A stretch of DNA of 54,146 nt from a virus (lineage: Duplodnaviria; Caudoviricetes): IMG/VR virus record IMGVR_UViG_3300032309_001150, positions 1-54,146 of that record. The stretch is one strand, 5' to 3'. Under the pieces are notes generated by a model that searched no databases, was not told where the DNA came from, and was given only the letters and a program-made list of their open reading frames with translations. A program made the position numbers and the translations under genes. Positions 45,065-54,146 of this stretch are shown in pieces. Every line of letters begins with the position of its first letter. The stretch's first letter is position 1.

Positions 45065-45130
45065 TGTCAACCGATTCGGTTCCTAGCGCGTTATAGTATG
45101 GTCTTAGGACATTTTATCAACAGCGAAGGA
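45065..45130 (+). promoter_or_regulatory. early promoter/RBS cassette copy (plus strand)
   Basis: TGTCAACCGATTCGGTT-N7-CGTTATAGTATGGTCTTAGGACA...AACAGCGAAGGA. Confidence 0.75.
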
Positions 45131-45136
45131 ATTGAA

Positions 45137-45403
45137 ATGAGAGCAATTATCAAATCGGCACTGAAGATTCACGAGTTGGCTTACGACTTGGAAAACATTG
45201 CATTGGATGACAAGAAGAAAGTCGAGGACTACACCGACTCAGAAATCTTGCACGAAGCAAAGCACGTTCTTGGTTTGTTCCTAGACGAAACCAACCCTCA
45301 CTGGAACAACGAAGACTTGCGTGGTGAGAATGGGCCAGAGCGACAACTGTGGGCGCGTGGCGAAGTCCGCAAACTGAATGCTTTTATTAAAAAGTACAAC
45401 TAA
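45137..45403 (+). CDS. hypothetical protein
   Basis: start MRAIIK directly after the cassette RBS. Confidence 0.7.
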   Translation: MRAIIKSALKIHELAYDLENIALDDKKKVEDYTDSEILHEAKHVLGLFLDETNPHWNNEDLRGENGPERQLWARGEVRKLNAFIKKYN

Positions 45404-45427
45404 AAAAAAGCCCCACCGAAGTGGGGC
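45402..45427 (-). terminator. intrinsic terminator ending the late region
   Basis: GCCCCAC-TTCG-GTGGGGC plus T8 on the minus strand, between convergent genes. Confidence 0.85.
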
Positions 45428-45445
45428 GAAGGAGCAGGCAACTGC

Positions 45446-47326
45446 TTACCCATGATACCGCCCGTAGGCATCCTTCGTGATTCCGCTTACGGGCGGCTTG
45501 TTATTTGATGACACCCTGTTCAGACCCCCCGCCGTTGCTTGTGGCGCAGGCGTTGGTTTAGGTGCTTGGGCACGCTTCTTGGCGTAGTCTGATTGCAAGT
45601 AGGCATCCACCACCGCCACGGCCAACCCGCCAGTGATGCCAATCCCCTTCAGGGCGGCTGTAATTGGGGTGGCAGGGGGCAACATAGCCAAGACACCCGC
45701 GAGAGCCTCCACGCCCGATAGAACGGCTCCTGATCGGTCGCCACTATTCCAGCGCTCTGATGCCTCGTTGACAGCCAGCGGTACGGCGGCTCCAGACAGT
45801 GTACCAAGGGTCTTGCCCGCTACCTTGCCCGCAAACACGCCCACCTTACCAAACCCCGTTGGGGCTTTTGCTCTGGCGCGTTCCAGCGCCTCTTGGGCGG
45901 CTTGGGTTGCGCCCTCAGCGTTGGTGATGCTTTCCGACGCTCTAGCGGCGTTTCTAAGCCTGTTCTTTTCGGACGCCTCCAGCAAACGCTGTTGTGCGGC
46001 CAGTTCATCCTGTGCGGCTTGAGCCTTTTGCTGGGCGTACAGGGCGTTGCGCTGGGCGCGTTGTTCGTCGGCAAGGCGTTGGACTTCGCGCTCCTTGGCA
46101 AGGTCTGATGGCAGGGCGAGTTGACCGGGGGCGGGTTCTGTCAGCCTGTAGTTGGACAGGCCCATGCCCGCCAGCTTTTGCTTGGCCGCTGTGTTCTGGT
46201 TAATGATCGCTTGGCCACCCTTCGGGTTGTTGGCCCGCATGTTCTCGGCCTCCATGCGTTGGGCCAAAGGTACGTCATCGCCACCCATAGAAGCCGTCCA
46301 CTTTTGCGCACCGCTCATCTCTGGCGGTTTGAACTTGGCAACCTCCGCATTGGTCTGCTCAATCAAGCGCCGCATCTGCTGGAACTTGGCCTCGCGGGCT
46401 TTTACCTGATCCAGAATCTCTCGCTGGGTTTGCTCAAGGGCGCTGGACGTCTTGGTGGCGGCTCCTCTGGCAATGCCCTCTTGGGTTTTGGCGGCCTTGA
46501 ATGCCTCTTGCGCGTCTTGGAACTTGTTGGTCTGTCTGTCCAGCGTGTCTTTGCCGTACTTGCCAAGCAAAGCGCCAGCGGTCGCACCAGAAGCCACTGC
46601 ACCAGCCAATTCAGGGTTTTCGTTGATCTTGCCAGCGGCGTCTGCAACCGCGCCCATAGCCCTGTCGCCAAGGCTTGGTTCAGCAGGTGGTTGGCCACCT
46701 TGCTCTGTTTCGGTTGCGTCGGGTTGACTCATCACGTCACCGGGATCAATTTCGCCAAACGGCGATGGTGCTTCTTGCGGCGCTTGTTGCGGCGCTTGTT
46801 GCGGCACATCCGATCTGTTGATGAGAGTTTCGCCTTCAAAAACAGGAATCTCGCCAAACTGATTGGGCTGGTCGCTGACTGGTTGCAAGTATCCCGGCGC
46901 ATCGGTGTTTCGAATAGCGTCAATTTTTTCTAAGTAGTTGCGCGTTTCGGGGCGTAGCATCGAAAAGTCTTCGCCCTTTTCCACAAATTGTCTGGCTCGT
47001 TCTGTCCTACCGTTGTAAGCGGCCAAAGCGGCGCGAGTATTTCCGTTAAACTTGTCCAAGTTGTCGCGCAATATCTTGATGCCAGCCTCAATGTTTTTTT
47101 CGGTGTCGTGCAATTCTCTGGTTTCGTACCCGTAAGCCTTGCCCGTTGTTGGCATGACCTGCATGGGGCCAATTGCGCCAGCGCTTGAAAGGCCCTTGGG
47201 TTTGAAGCCGTTCTCAGTCCACGCCACTGCAAGCGCCAACTCGGGGTCGATGTTGGCTTCGCGGGCTTTTTCCGCGACCATTTGGGCAACCTTTATTTGC
47301 TGTTCGCTCAGTTTGCCAAAGTCCAT
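45446..47326 (-). CDS. ejection protein with N-terminal SLT lytic transglycosylase
   Basis: AVAWTEN (catalytic Glu), GAIGPMQVMP, ALAAYNG, ETRNY; coiled coil and hydrophobic C-terminal helices. Confidence 0.85.
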   Translation of the reverse strand: MDFGKLSEQQIKVAQMVAEKAREANIDPELALAVAWTENGFKPKGLSSAGAIGPMQVMPTTGKAYGYETRELHDTEKNIEAGIKILRDNLDKFNGNTRAALAAYNGRTERARQFVEKGEDFSMLRPETRNYLEKIDAIRNTDAPGYLQPVSDQPNQFGEIPVFEGETLINRSDVPQQAPQQAPQEAPSPFGEIDPGDVMSQPDATETEQGGQPPAEPSLGDRAMGAVADAAGKINENPELAGAVASGATAGALLGKYGKDTLDRQTNKFQDAQEAFKAAKTQEGIARGAATKTSSALEQTQREILDQVKAREAKFQQMRRLIEQTNAEVAKFKPPEMSGAQKWTASMGGDDVPLAQRMEAENMRANNPKGGQAIINQNTAAKQKLAGMGLSNYRLTEPAPGQLALPSDLAKEREVQRLADEQRAQRNALYAQQKAQAAQDELAAQQRLLEASEKNRLRNAARASESITNAEGATQAAQEALERARAKAPTGFGKVGVFAGKVAGKTLGTLSGAAVPLAVNEASERWNSGDRSGAVLSGVEALAGVLAMLPPATPITAALKGIGITGGLAVAVVDAYLQSDYAKKRAQAPKPTPAPQATAGGLNRVSSNNKPPVSGITKDAYGRYHG

Positions 47327-49086
47327 TACGAGCCTGCTTTCTGTTTGCTTTCCATAATGCGCCGCTCAAGTGGACCGGGTGTATAGGGTGCAGGGGCGAC
47401 CTTTGGCGTGCGTGAGCCGGGGCTGGGTGGAGTTTTGGGTGGCGCAGACTCACCCTTGGTGGGAAAATAAGTATCAAACAGCGCATTCATGTGCTTGTCG
47501 TAAGCCTCAAACAATTTTGTGTACTCAGGATCGGTTTGGACAAAATCTTGGAACGTGCCTGTTGGATTGTTTTTCTCGAACTTGTAGAACTCTTCCGCAA
47601 TTCGCATGTCGTACCTAGCCCGCGCCTCAACCACTTTTGCTTTCATTGCAATTGATTTTGGAGTGTCAGACGCGGAGCCAACTAAATTTGTAACGAGGCG
47701 GCGCTCGGCATCAGACACTTGGCCTTGTCCCTTGTAATACTGCTGTGAAGCCATGAGTTGCAAGATGGACTGAGATTGCGCATACATCTCAACGGCTCGA
47801 ATCTCTTGGTTGGTAATGTTTGGCTTTGCAAGGCGGAGCGCAGATTCGAGTCCGGGGAAAGAGATTTGACTGCCGCCAACATTCATGCCCTCGGTGACAG
47901 CTACAGCAAATGCGTTCAGCACACCGGGGTTTTTCAAAAGGCCAAAACCTCCTTGGGTGTTTTTGTTTGTAGCAAGCTTGTACATAGAATCTGCGGCCTG
48001 AACGGTTGTTTGCCCGATTCTTTGTTTATCGTAAACAGATTTGCGAACTTCCTTGTTTTCTTCCATGCGGTTTTCAAGCGCCATCTCTTTGCTTTTGCTT
48101 TCTAATGCCGCCGTTGAAGGGTCGCGAAAGTTTTTAAATGTAGGCTTGCCGTCTTGGCCAACCTGCCCTCGCGTTACGCCGCCAATACCGTTTGATGCCG
48201 CCCAATTTGCGGTTGCTTCATCTTTTTGCTCTTCGGTTGCATTCTTGCGCGTCATATCGTCCATGAGCTTGTCGTACTCTTGCGACTGATTCTTGGTCAT
48301 GTCAACCTTGCCTAGCACGCGAACAGGGCGGGAAATAGGCATTTCAAAACGAGTCACCCACTTGCCAGACATGGTGTCGTAAATACCCTCTGCGGTCACC
48401 ATCTGCGCTTTGCGCTGGACCTCTGAAAGCTTGGTCAAGTGTTCGCCAAGGGATGGGCTGATTGCAGACATCAGGGCTATGTCTTTGTCCGTAACTGGCC
48501 GCATGCGATCTGCTGGTGGTAAGTCTTCTACGGGCGGTGACACGGGCGTAGCAGAGCTTGCCATTGCGGCTGATGGAACCTTTGCGGGCGCGGCTCTAGC
48601 GGGTGCGGCAGGCATGGCAGGCGCGGAAGCTGGTTGTTGAATGCCACCTAAGCCACGGCCAGAGGCAATGTTTAGCATGGCCTGCTGGTTCAAACTTTCT
48701 TGGTTCAGCGCTTGGCGCTTTTGCGCTAGTTCAAGCTGATCCTTTTCGATGTCGTATTGACGCTGGTTCTCAGACTGTTGCGCTTTACCAAATGCGCCCG
48801 CGATACGGCCAAGACCTTGGATGCCGCTACCAGTTGACGAGGGGGTTGAGGCCGCCTGCGCAACGTCCAGCCACATTTGATTGACTGGGGGTTTTTTCCG
48901 TCGCTCCAACGATTCGCTTAATTTGGCAATTTGCGCGTCGAGCAATTTGCGATTATCACGCGACTGTTGGAACAGCGCCGAAATATTATCAATGGGCTGT
49001 TGCTGTTGAACCTCTTCGTCTTGCGGTGGCGTTTCTTGTGTTTGAGCGACTTGGTTTAAACCGCCAACTTCAGTTGTTTCATCCAT
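47326..49086 (-). CDS. putative ejection/DNA-transfer protein
   Basis: 586 aa helical; KGQGQVSDAERR motif; context. Confidence 0.6.
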   Translation of the reverse strand: MDETTEVGGLNQVAQTQETPPQDEEVQQQQPIDNISALFQQSRDNRKLLDAQIAKLSESLERRKKPPVNQMWLDVAQAASTPSSTGSGIQGLGRIAGAFGKAQQSENQRQYDIEKDQLELAQKRQALNQESLNQQAMLNIASGRGLGGIQQPASAPAMPAAPARAAPAKVPSAAMASSATPVSPPVEDLPPADRMRPVTDKDIALMSAISPSLGEHLTKLSEVQRKAQMVTAEGIYDTMSGKWVTRFEMPISRPVRVLGKVDMTKNQSQEYDKLMDDMTRKNATEEQKDEATANWAASNGIGGVTRGQVGQDGKPTFKNFRDPSTAALESKSKEMALENRMEENKEVRKSVYDKQRIGQTTVQAADSMYKLATNKNTQGGFGLLKNPGVLNAFAVAVTEGMNVGGSQISFPGLESALRLAKPNITNQEIRAVEMYAQSQSILQLMASQQYYKGQGQVSDAERRLVTNLVGSASDTPKSIAMKAKVVEARARYDMRIAEEFYKFEKNNPTGTFQDFVQTDPEYTKLFEAYDKHMNALFDTYFPTKGESAPPKTPPSPGSRTPKVAPAPYTPGPLERRIMESKQKAGS

Positions 49087-49089
49087 TTT

Positions 49090-50070
49090 TTACCCCAGTT
49101 GGTTGCCTTCAGCATCAAAAAAATTGCCGTCTTCGTCGTAGTAGACAGCACCCTCTGGAATCTGTGACGCGGAGTCTTGAAATACTGATCCGCCTACGGC
49201 TCTTTGAACTGGTTGCTTGTTCAACATTGAAGTCAAACTTGTCATGTCGCCAGTTTCCAAGGCTTTATAAATCGCATACATGGTTGCAATCTCTTCCAAG
49301 CCACTCAAACCATATTGGCCAGCTTGGCCGGGCTTTGTAGTAATTTCCGTAGTTCCAGTAGGCGCTTGCATGCCTGCCGTCAACGACGCAAATTGTTTGG
49401 CCTGCTCCATTGGATAGTTGAGCCTGTCTTGCTCATTTTTTTGTTGGACAGCGCCAAGGTCTTGCATGGTTTTCAGGCCCGAAGTGCCAATTTGATTTTG
49501 GACTTGACCTGTTTGAGTAAGCGATTGGCCAGCTTGAACGCCGCGAGTTAAGTCGTTTTGGGCGGCTGTCATGGCGTCTTTGTAGCCACTGCTCAACGCG
49601 CCATATTGTTGGCCAGTCAACGCGGCCTGCATGTCAGCCAATGTTTGACCGCCCTGTTGCGCGGCCCGTTGAGATCCAAAGTTTCCAGAACCAACCGTCG
49701 CGGCTTCAAACGCACCCATGTTTTGCATGTAGTTTTTGTTTGCAAGTCGAGCCATTTCCTCCACCACATTTTTGGTGTAAGGATTCATGTAGTTTTCAAC
49801 AATCTGGTTTGCGCCCGTGTAGCCTGCTTGCGTCAGTAGATCTTGCGCAGTGCCTGTGCTACCAGAGCCAGCAAATCCCGCCTTTGGGGCCATGTTTATG
49901 GCCTGTTGCTGGAGAGGCGACAGACCAGCTACGCCACCCTGTTGGACGGCGTTTTTGCCAAGGTTGATGGCGTCCTGTTGGAAATCCGTCAGGTACTGAG
50001 GAAGAGTATTCTGTTTCTGTGACGTTTCGGTCAGGCTTGGTAACGGATCACCTTGCAAAAAATCAGCCAT
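49090..50070 (-). CDS. putative ejection/pilot protein
   Basis: Gln/Gly/Ala-rich; LSPLQQQA, YMNPY, GNFGSQR. Confidence 0.6.
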   Translation of the reverse strand: MADFLQGDPLPSLTETSQKQNTLPQYLTDFQQDAINLGKNAVQQGGVAGLSPLQQQAINMAPKAGFAGSGSTGTAQDLLTQAGYTGANQIVENYMNPYTKNVVEEMARLANKNYMQNMGAFEAATVGSGNFGSQRAAQQGGQTLADMQAALTGQQYGALSSGYKDAMTAAQNDLTRGVQAGQSLTQTGQVQNQIGTSGLKTMQDLGAVQQKNEQDRLNYPMEQAKQFASLTAGMQAPTGTTEITTKPGQAGQYGLSGLEEIATMYAIYKALETGDMTSLTSMLNKQPVQRAVGGSVFQDSASQIPEGAVYYDEDGNFFDAEGNQLG

Positions 50071-53065
50071 TTTGCGCTTCCTTCAAGTAAGCCAACGGCG
50101 ATTTAGCCTTTGGTGGAATTTTGCCAACGTGCGCAGATCGTTTGTGTTCGCGGATCTGTTCCCTAAATTTGTCCAAAACTTTAGCGCCAGCTTTGTTAGA
50201 ACCGTTACCCAAAGCGGCCACAACATCCGAGTCAAAGACGTATTCACCGTCGGCCAGCATGGCGGGGATGTCGTCGCTTTGACCGTCACCAGCACCGCGC
50301 ACATACGCACCTTGACGGTAATCATGACGGCCTTGAACCAATGGTACGCCAGACACGGGGTGAGGCATGCCGCCAGTGTTCATGGCTTGACCGCCTTCGT
50401 CCATCATATTCTCGCCGCGAACGCCAAGAATTTCCAGAGGATCTTGCGGTTTTCCGTAGGTGTAATAAGGTGATGCAGGATTGGGCATCTTTGGATTGGG
50501 TTGACTTAAACCGCCGACAGCAAAAGGCTCGGCAGTTTGCATATCCTCAGCGTAAGGCATAGAGGAATTCATGTCGCCCGCATCTGATTCAGCGCCGAGA
50601 TCCGCGCTTGTTTCGGGGGCCATCTGCCTGCTGTTGCCGCCCAAGCCGCCCATAGTTGGTTGCGCCATTTCTTGCTCAGGGTCTTCGTATTCCATTTCGT
50701 AGCCGGGAACGCCAAGATTTGTGTACAGGTCACTTTCTTCTTGCGGCGTGTACTGTTGCAAATTAGGTTGTGATGGCGTGACGACACGCGCTGGCCCCAT
50801 ACCAAAGTTAGTTGTTCTTGGCGCAATGCTTGGCATGGTCACGGTTGGGGCTTTGTAGCTTGATCTGTCCTTACTAGCGGTGCTCATCAAAGAGGCAATC
50901 ATGGCCGCCGTCAAACCAGTTTTTTGCACTTGAGGGTCTGACAAAAAGGCTTTCAATTGGTCGCCAGCTTTTTGTAATGGCGATCTTGTTGACGTTGCTG
51001 TTGGCGTTGCTGTTGGTGTTGTTGTTGGTGTTGTTGTGCCAGTTGTGTTCGCATACGCAGGTGTATCCGTCTGCGAGGAAGTTCCTCCCGTGTAACCAGA
51101 TGAAGTATTGTTGACGGTTTCATCAAACACATCTGCGGCGCGATAAAGAACGCCGTTTTTGTAAATGTTTCCACTCTGATCCTCGGTGTACTCATCTTCT
51201 GCCGCACGGTAGAGGACGCCGTTTAGGTAAAGGTTTCCACTTGAGTCTTCGGTGTATACATCCTCTTCCGGCTTTTCTGCCGCACGATAAAGCACGCCGT
51301 TTTTGTATACGTTTCCACTTGCGTCCTCGGTGTAAATGTCTTCTTCTGGGGTGCTATCCACAGCAAATGATGGGTCAGAGACATCCATCTGTGGGCTTGT
51401 GTATTTCGTGTAGTCTGGATTTGCAAAGACGTCACCGCCCTCTTCGAATCTTGGTAATCCACCTTTTTTCATGGTCGTAAGACCTCCGTGCTTGTAATCC
51501 ATATCTTCGTCTGGATTTGTGTTGTACCTTGGATCAACATAAGAATCTCGGCTGTCGAAGTCGTAAGTTGGGTAATCAATAACTGGATCAGGGCCATAGT
51601 CGTAAATTGGATTTGATTGTTCTGCGGCTGACACCAATTCAAATGTTCCATTGGGGTTGACCAACCACACGTTACCCGCTTGATCCGTGGTTTGATACGG
51701 CTGTATAGTTTCTTCGGGCTTAGGTGGCTCAACATAGTCGTAAACGGGGTTTGAAGGCTTCTCTGCGGCCTTGATTAAATTAAATGATCCGTCAGGGTTT
51801 ACTTGCCACACGTTGCCCGCATCGTCTGTGGCTTCGTACGAAGAGACGGTTTTTTCTGGCGTGGGTTCTGGTGTTGGCTCTGCGTAGTCGTAGACAGGAT
51901 TTTCGGTGGTGTCAACAGCGTCAGGAATCGGATTTCCAAAGGCATCTACAAGGGTGAGACTACCATCAGCGCCTTGGCTCCAATAATTTCCAGCTTCATC
52001 TTGAAGAATTTCAGGGGGCGCATTTTTGCTTGCTTCGGCCAGCGGAGACTCTTTGACTGGCTCTGGCGCTACAGGCGCTACGGGTGCAGGCGCAGGGATA
52101 GAGATGGGAATGATTGGCGTTGGGCTGGGTGAGGCTTCATTTCTTGCGGTCGAGCTTGCTTGAGCCAACGGTGATTCAATGACTGGCGCTTCGTTTATTG
52201 GCGCAACAGGAGTTGGTTCAGCAACGCTTGGCGCTGGAGTTGGTTCGGGTTGGCTGACTTGCGCCAAAGGTGATGGTGCTGGTGGCTCACCGTAATCGTA
52301 AACAGGATTGGGGGGCTCACCGTAATCGTAGACAGGGTTTTCTTCAACGGGAGGTTCGCCGTAGTCATAAACAGGATTGGGCGGTTCAACGTAGTCGTAG
52401 ACGGGGTTTTTTTCCGCAGGCACTTCGCCAATGTCGTAAACGGGGTTTGTCACCGGGGGAGGTGCAACTGGCGGCGCAACTGGCTCTTCTGGCTTTTCTG
52501 CCGCCCGATAAAGCACGCCGTTTTTGAAGACATTGCCAAGCGAGTCTTCGGTGTATTCGTCTTCTTTTGGTGGCGCTATGACCGACGTAGGCGGTTTGGG
52601 GGCTACGGGTGTTGTTGGTGTTGTTGGCTTTGCTGGAGTTGCAGGCGTAGTCGGTTTTTTGTCCGGAATCACCGAGTTGATAACCGAGGTGATGGCTTTG
52701 CCAGCAAGCGCGGCGGCGGCGGCATCTGTGGCCGCATTTGTTATTGCGTCGCCTTTTGAAGATCCGCTTGATGCGCTCGATGACGTTGGGGTGGTCTGCG
52801 TAGCAGTGCCAGATCCTGAAGACGTAATTGGTTTTGCCGACTCCGCTGGAACCACCACCGAGGTTACGGGCGGTGTAGTTGTGTCGGTTGTTGTTGGTAC
52901 TGATAGGGTTGTGGGGATAGTAGGGTCAGGGCTTGCAGGCTCTGTGGGAGCGGTCGATCCTCCAGAAGCTGGAACAGTTGGCTTCGAAATAACGCTGGTC
53001 AGTTTGCGCTTGGGCTTTAAAAACAGCGTGTTTCGTTTTTTCTGGAGGTTTGTAATATTGACCAT
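50063..53065 (-). CDS. 1000-aa repeat-rich virion protein with tape-measure-like C-terminal domain
   Basis: Pro/Thr-rich, NPVYDY and YTEDxxGN repeats; C-terminal GAGDGQSDDIPAMLADGEYV. Confidence 0.7.
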   Translation of the reverse strand: MVNITNLQKKRNTLFLKPKRKLTSVISKPTVPASGGSTAPTEPASPDPTIPTTLSVPTTTDTTTPPVTSVVVPAESAKPITSSGSGTATQTTPTSSSASSGSSKGDAITNAATDAAAAALAGKAITSVINSVIPDKKPTTPATPAKPTTPTTPVAPKPPTSVIAPPKEDEYTEDSLGNVFKNGVLYRAAEKPEEPVAPPVAPPPVTNPVYDIGEVPAEKNPVYDYVEPPNPVYDYGEPPVEENPVYDYGEPPNPVYDYGEPPAPSPLAQVSQPEPTPAPSVAEPTPVAPINEAPVIESPLAQASSTARNEASPSPTPIIPISIPAPAPVAPVAPEPVKESPLAEASKNAPPEILQDEAGNYWSQGADGSLTLVDAFGNPIPDAVDTTENPVYDYAEPTPEPTPEKTVSSYEATDDAGNVWQVNPDGSFNLIKAAEKPSNPVYDYVEPPKPEETIQPYQTTDQAGNVWLVNPNGTFELVSAAEQSNPIYDYGPDPVIDYPTYDFDSRDSYVDPRYNTNPDEDMDYKHGGLTTMKKGGLPRFEEGGDVFANPDYTKYTSPQMDVSDPSFAVDSTPEEDIYTEDASGNVYKNGVLYRAAEKPEEDVYTEDSSGNLYLNGVLYRAAEDEYTEDQSGNIYKNGVLYRAADVFDETVNNTSSGYTGGTSSQTDTPAYANTTGTTTPTTTPTATPTATSTRSPLQKAGDQLKAFLSDPQVQKTGLTAAMIASLMSTASKDRSSYKAPTVTMPSIAPRTTNFGMGPARVVTPSQPNLQQYTPQEESDLYTNLGVPGYEMEYEDPEQEMAQPTMGGLGGNSRQMAPETSADLGAESDAGDMNSSMPYAEDMQTAEPFAVGGLSQPNPKMPNPASPYYTYGKPQDPLEILGVRGENMMDEGGQAMNTGGMPHPVSGVPLVQGRHDYRQGAYVRGAGDGQSDDIPAMLADGEYVFDSDVVAALGNGSNKAGAKVLDKFREQIREHKRSAHVGKIPPKAKSPLAYLKEAQNG

Positions 53066-53078
53066 TTTTTTCTTTCGA

Positions 53079-54146
53079 TCAAGTCGGGGCTGGTTGCTCT
53101 AATTTTGGTACTGGCTTCAAAGCCCCAACTGGTGCTTTTGGTGCTGGCTTTAGATTGCCGACAGGCGCTATTGGTGTTTTTGTTGGCGCAACAGTTATCG
53201 GTTGCGTGGTTGTTGGCGGCGTCAGTGTGGTTGGCGCTGGCACCACCACTGAAGTTAATGTTGTTGGCGCAACAGGTTCTGTAACTGTTGCTGATATTGT
53301 AGGAATTGTCGTGGTTTCTTTTGTCGGATTGACTGGCTTGAGCGTGCCCACTGGCGCGACTGGCGGCGTATCTTTGATTGCAGTCAATCCTCCAACTGGC
53401 GCTTCTGATTTTGGCGTTACAGGGATTGGCGTTTCTTTTGGTTTTAATGTGCCCACTGGTGCTGTTGGTTTTGGATTCAAATTGCCAACAGGCGCTTTTG
53501 GCGGCACTGGTTTTTTGGGCGCTGGCCTTGGTGGCGGAGGCGGCGGTTTAGGCGTCAACTCCTGTTTGATGGCGGCGTTGGTTGCCGTGGTCAAAGTATC
53601 GGCAATTACTTTGCCAATAACCGTTTGCTTCAATGGTGGCTCAGGCGCTGGTGCAGGCGCAGGGGTTGGCTCTGGCGCAGGTGCTGGCGCGGCATACACT
53701 GGGGTCTTAGTTTCAGACGAAGTTTTTCCTGTGTAAGACGATGAATCTGATGCAGGCGTAGGTGTAGGTGCGGGCGGCGGTGTGGGTGTTGGCGCAGGTT
53801 TGGGCTCAGGTTTGGGTTCAAAGATTGGAGGAGGGGCTGGCTCAAAGATCGGCGCGGGGGTGGGGGTGGGCGCGACATACGCTGGAGTTGGCGTGGAAGA
53901 GGACGTAGATCCCGTGTAAGACGATGAGGGTGAGGCGGGCGCTGGCGCAGGTGTCGGTGCTGGTGTCGGTGCTGGAGCAGGAGCAGGGGTAGGAGCAGGA
54001 GGTGGCTTTGGCGCTGGCGGCGGCGCTTTTGGTAAAGCGGCATCAAATGCGGCCTTGTCTTTGGCGGCTTGATCTTGGGCCGCTTTCTGTGCGTCCGCTC
54101 GAGCCTTTTCTTGAGCTACCCTCTGCGCCTCTGCTTGCGCTTTTGC
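53079..54146 (-). CDS. 3' part of the join-spanning ejection-type protein; Pro/Ala/Thr-rich tail
   Basis: frame open from the end of the window to TGA at 53079; PAPTP and APVGxLKP repeats. Confidence 0.75.
   Translation of the reverse strand, partial: AKAQAEAQRVAQEKARADAQKAAQDQAAKDKAAFDAALPKAPPPAPKPPPAPTPAPAPAPTPAPTPAPAPASPSSSYTGSTSSSTPTPAYVAPTPTPAPIFEPAPPPIFEPKPEPKPAPTPTPPPAPTPTPASDSSSYTGKTSSETKTPVYAAPAPAPEPTPAPAPAPEPPLKQTVIGKVIADTLTTATNAAIKQELTPKPPPPPPRPAPKKPVPPKAPVGNLNPKPTAPVGTLKPKETPIPVTPKSEAPVGGLTAIKDTPPVAPVGTLKPVNPTKETTTIPTISATVTEPVAPTTLTSVVVPAPTTLTPPTTTQPITVAPTKTPIAPVGNLKPAPKAPVGALKPVPKLEQPAPT

Noticed and set aside
51130-51350. Repeats as a CRISPR array
   Set aside because: Units are degenerate at third codon positions, in frame within an ORF, and lack unique spacers
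51590-52450. NPVY repeats as eukaryotic NPxY endocytosis/PTB mimicry
   Set aside because: Nothing else indicates a eukaryotic target; the match is short and likely coincidental
54123-54146. Terminal repeat as a biological DTR or att site
   Set aside because: It is only 24 nt, lies mid-gene within a coding tandem repeat, and is best explained as assembly overlap
1-54146. Stop-codon recoding, tRNA genes, introns or inteins
   Set aside because: Core genes are intact and densely packed in the standard code; no cloverleaf, intron or intein motifs were recognised by eye

Overview
This window is an apparently complete, circular-mapping ~54.1 kb tailed dsDNA phage genome: bases 1-24 equal 54123-54146, and one ORF reads through the join. 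It looks podovirus-like, with no sheath or tube genes and large ejection-type proteins ending in a lytic transglycosylase. Spanins point to a Gram-negative host. One long minus-strand late region runs terminase S/L, a 1382-aa polyvalent protein, portal, GroES, scaffold, major capsid, small basic proteins, adaptor and fibres, lysis cassette, tail, and finally ejection proteins. The early region (about 34.8-45.4 kb) is divergent around a Cro-like gene. It carries two YdaU/DUF1376 replication proteins, RusA, a Ref-like nuclease, DUF932, an SSB-like protein and a PD-(D/E)XK exonuclease. I recognise no integrase, CI repressor, DNA polymerase, tRNA or CRISPR array. The strongest candidate new system is a short [MFYLK]-[AKE]-x-G-G motif that recurs about 35 times in at least eight late proteins. 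It falls at module boundaries, suggesting a polyprotein-processing or capsid-loading/ejection tag. Also notable are a repeated ECF-sigma-like early promoter/RBS cassette, a structured leader RNA before the replication gene, and a doubled spanin-like pair. All functional calls come from motif recognition by eye, not database searches.
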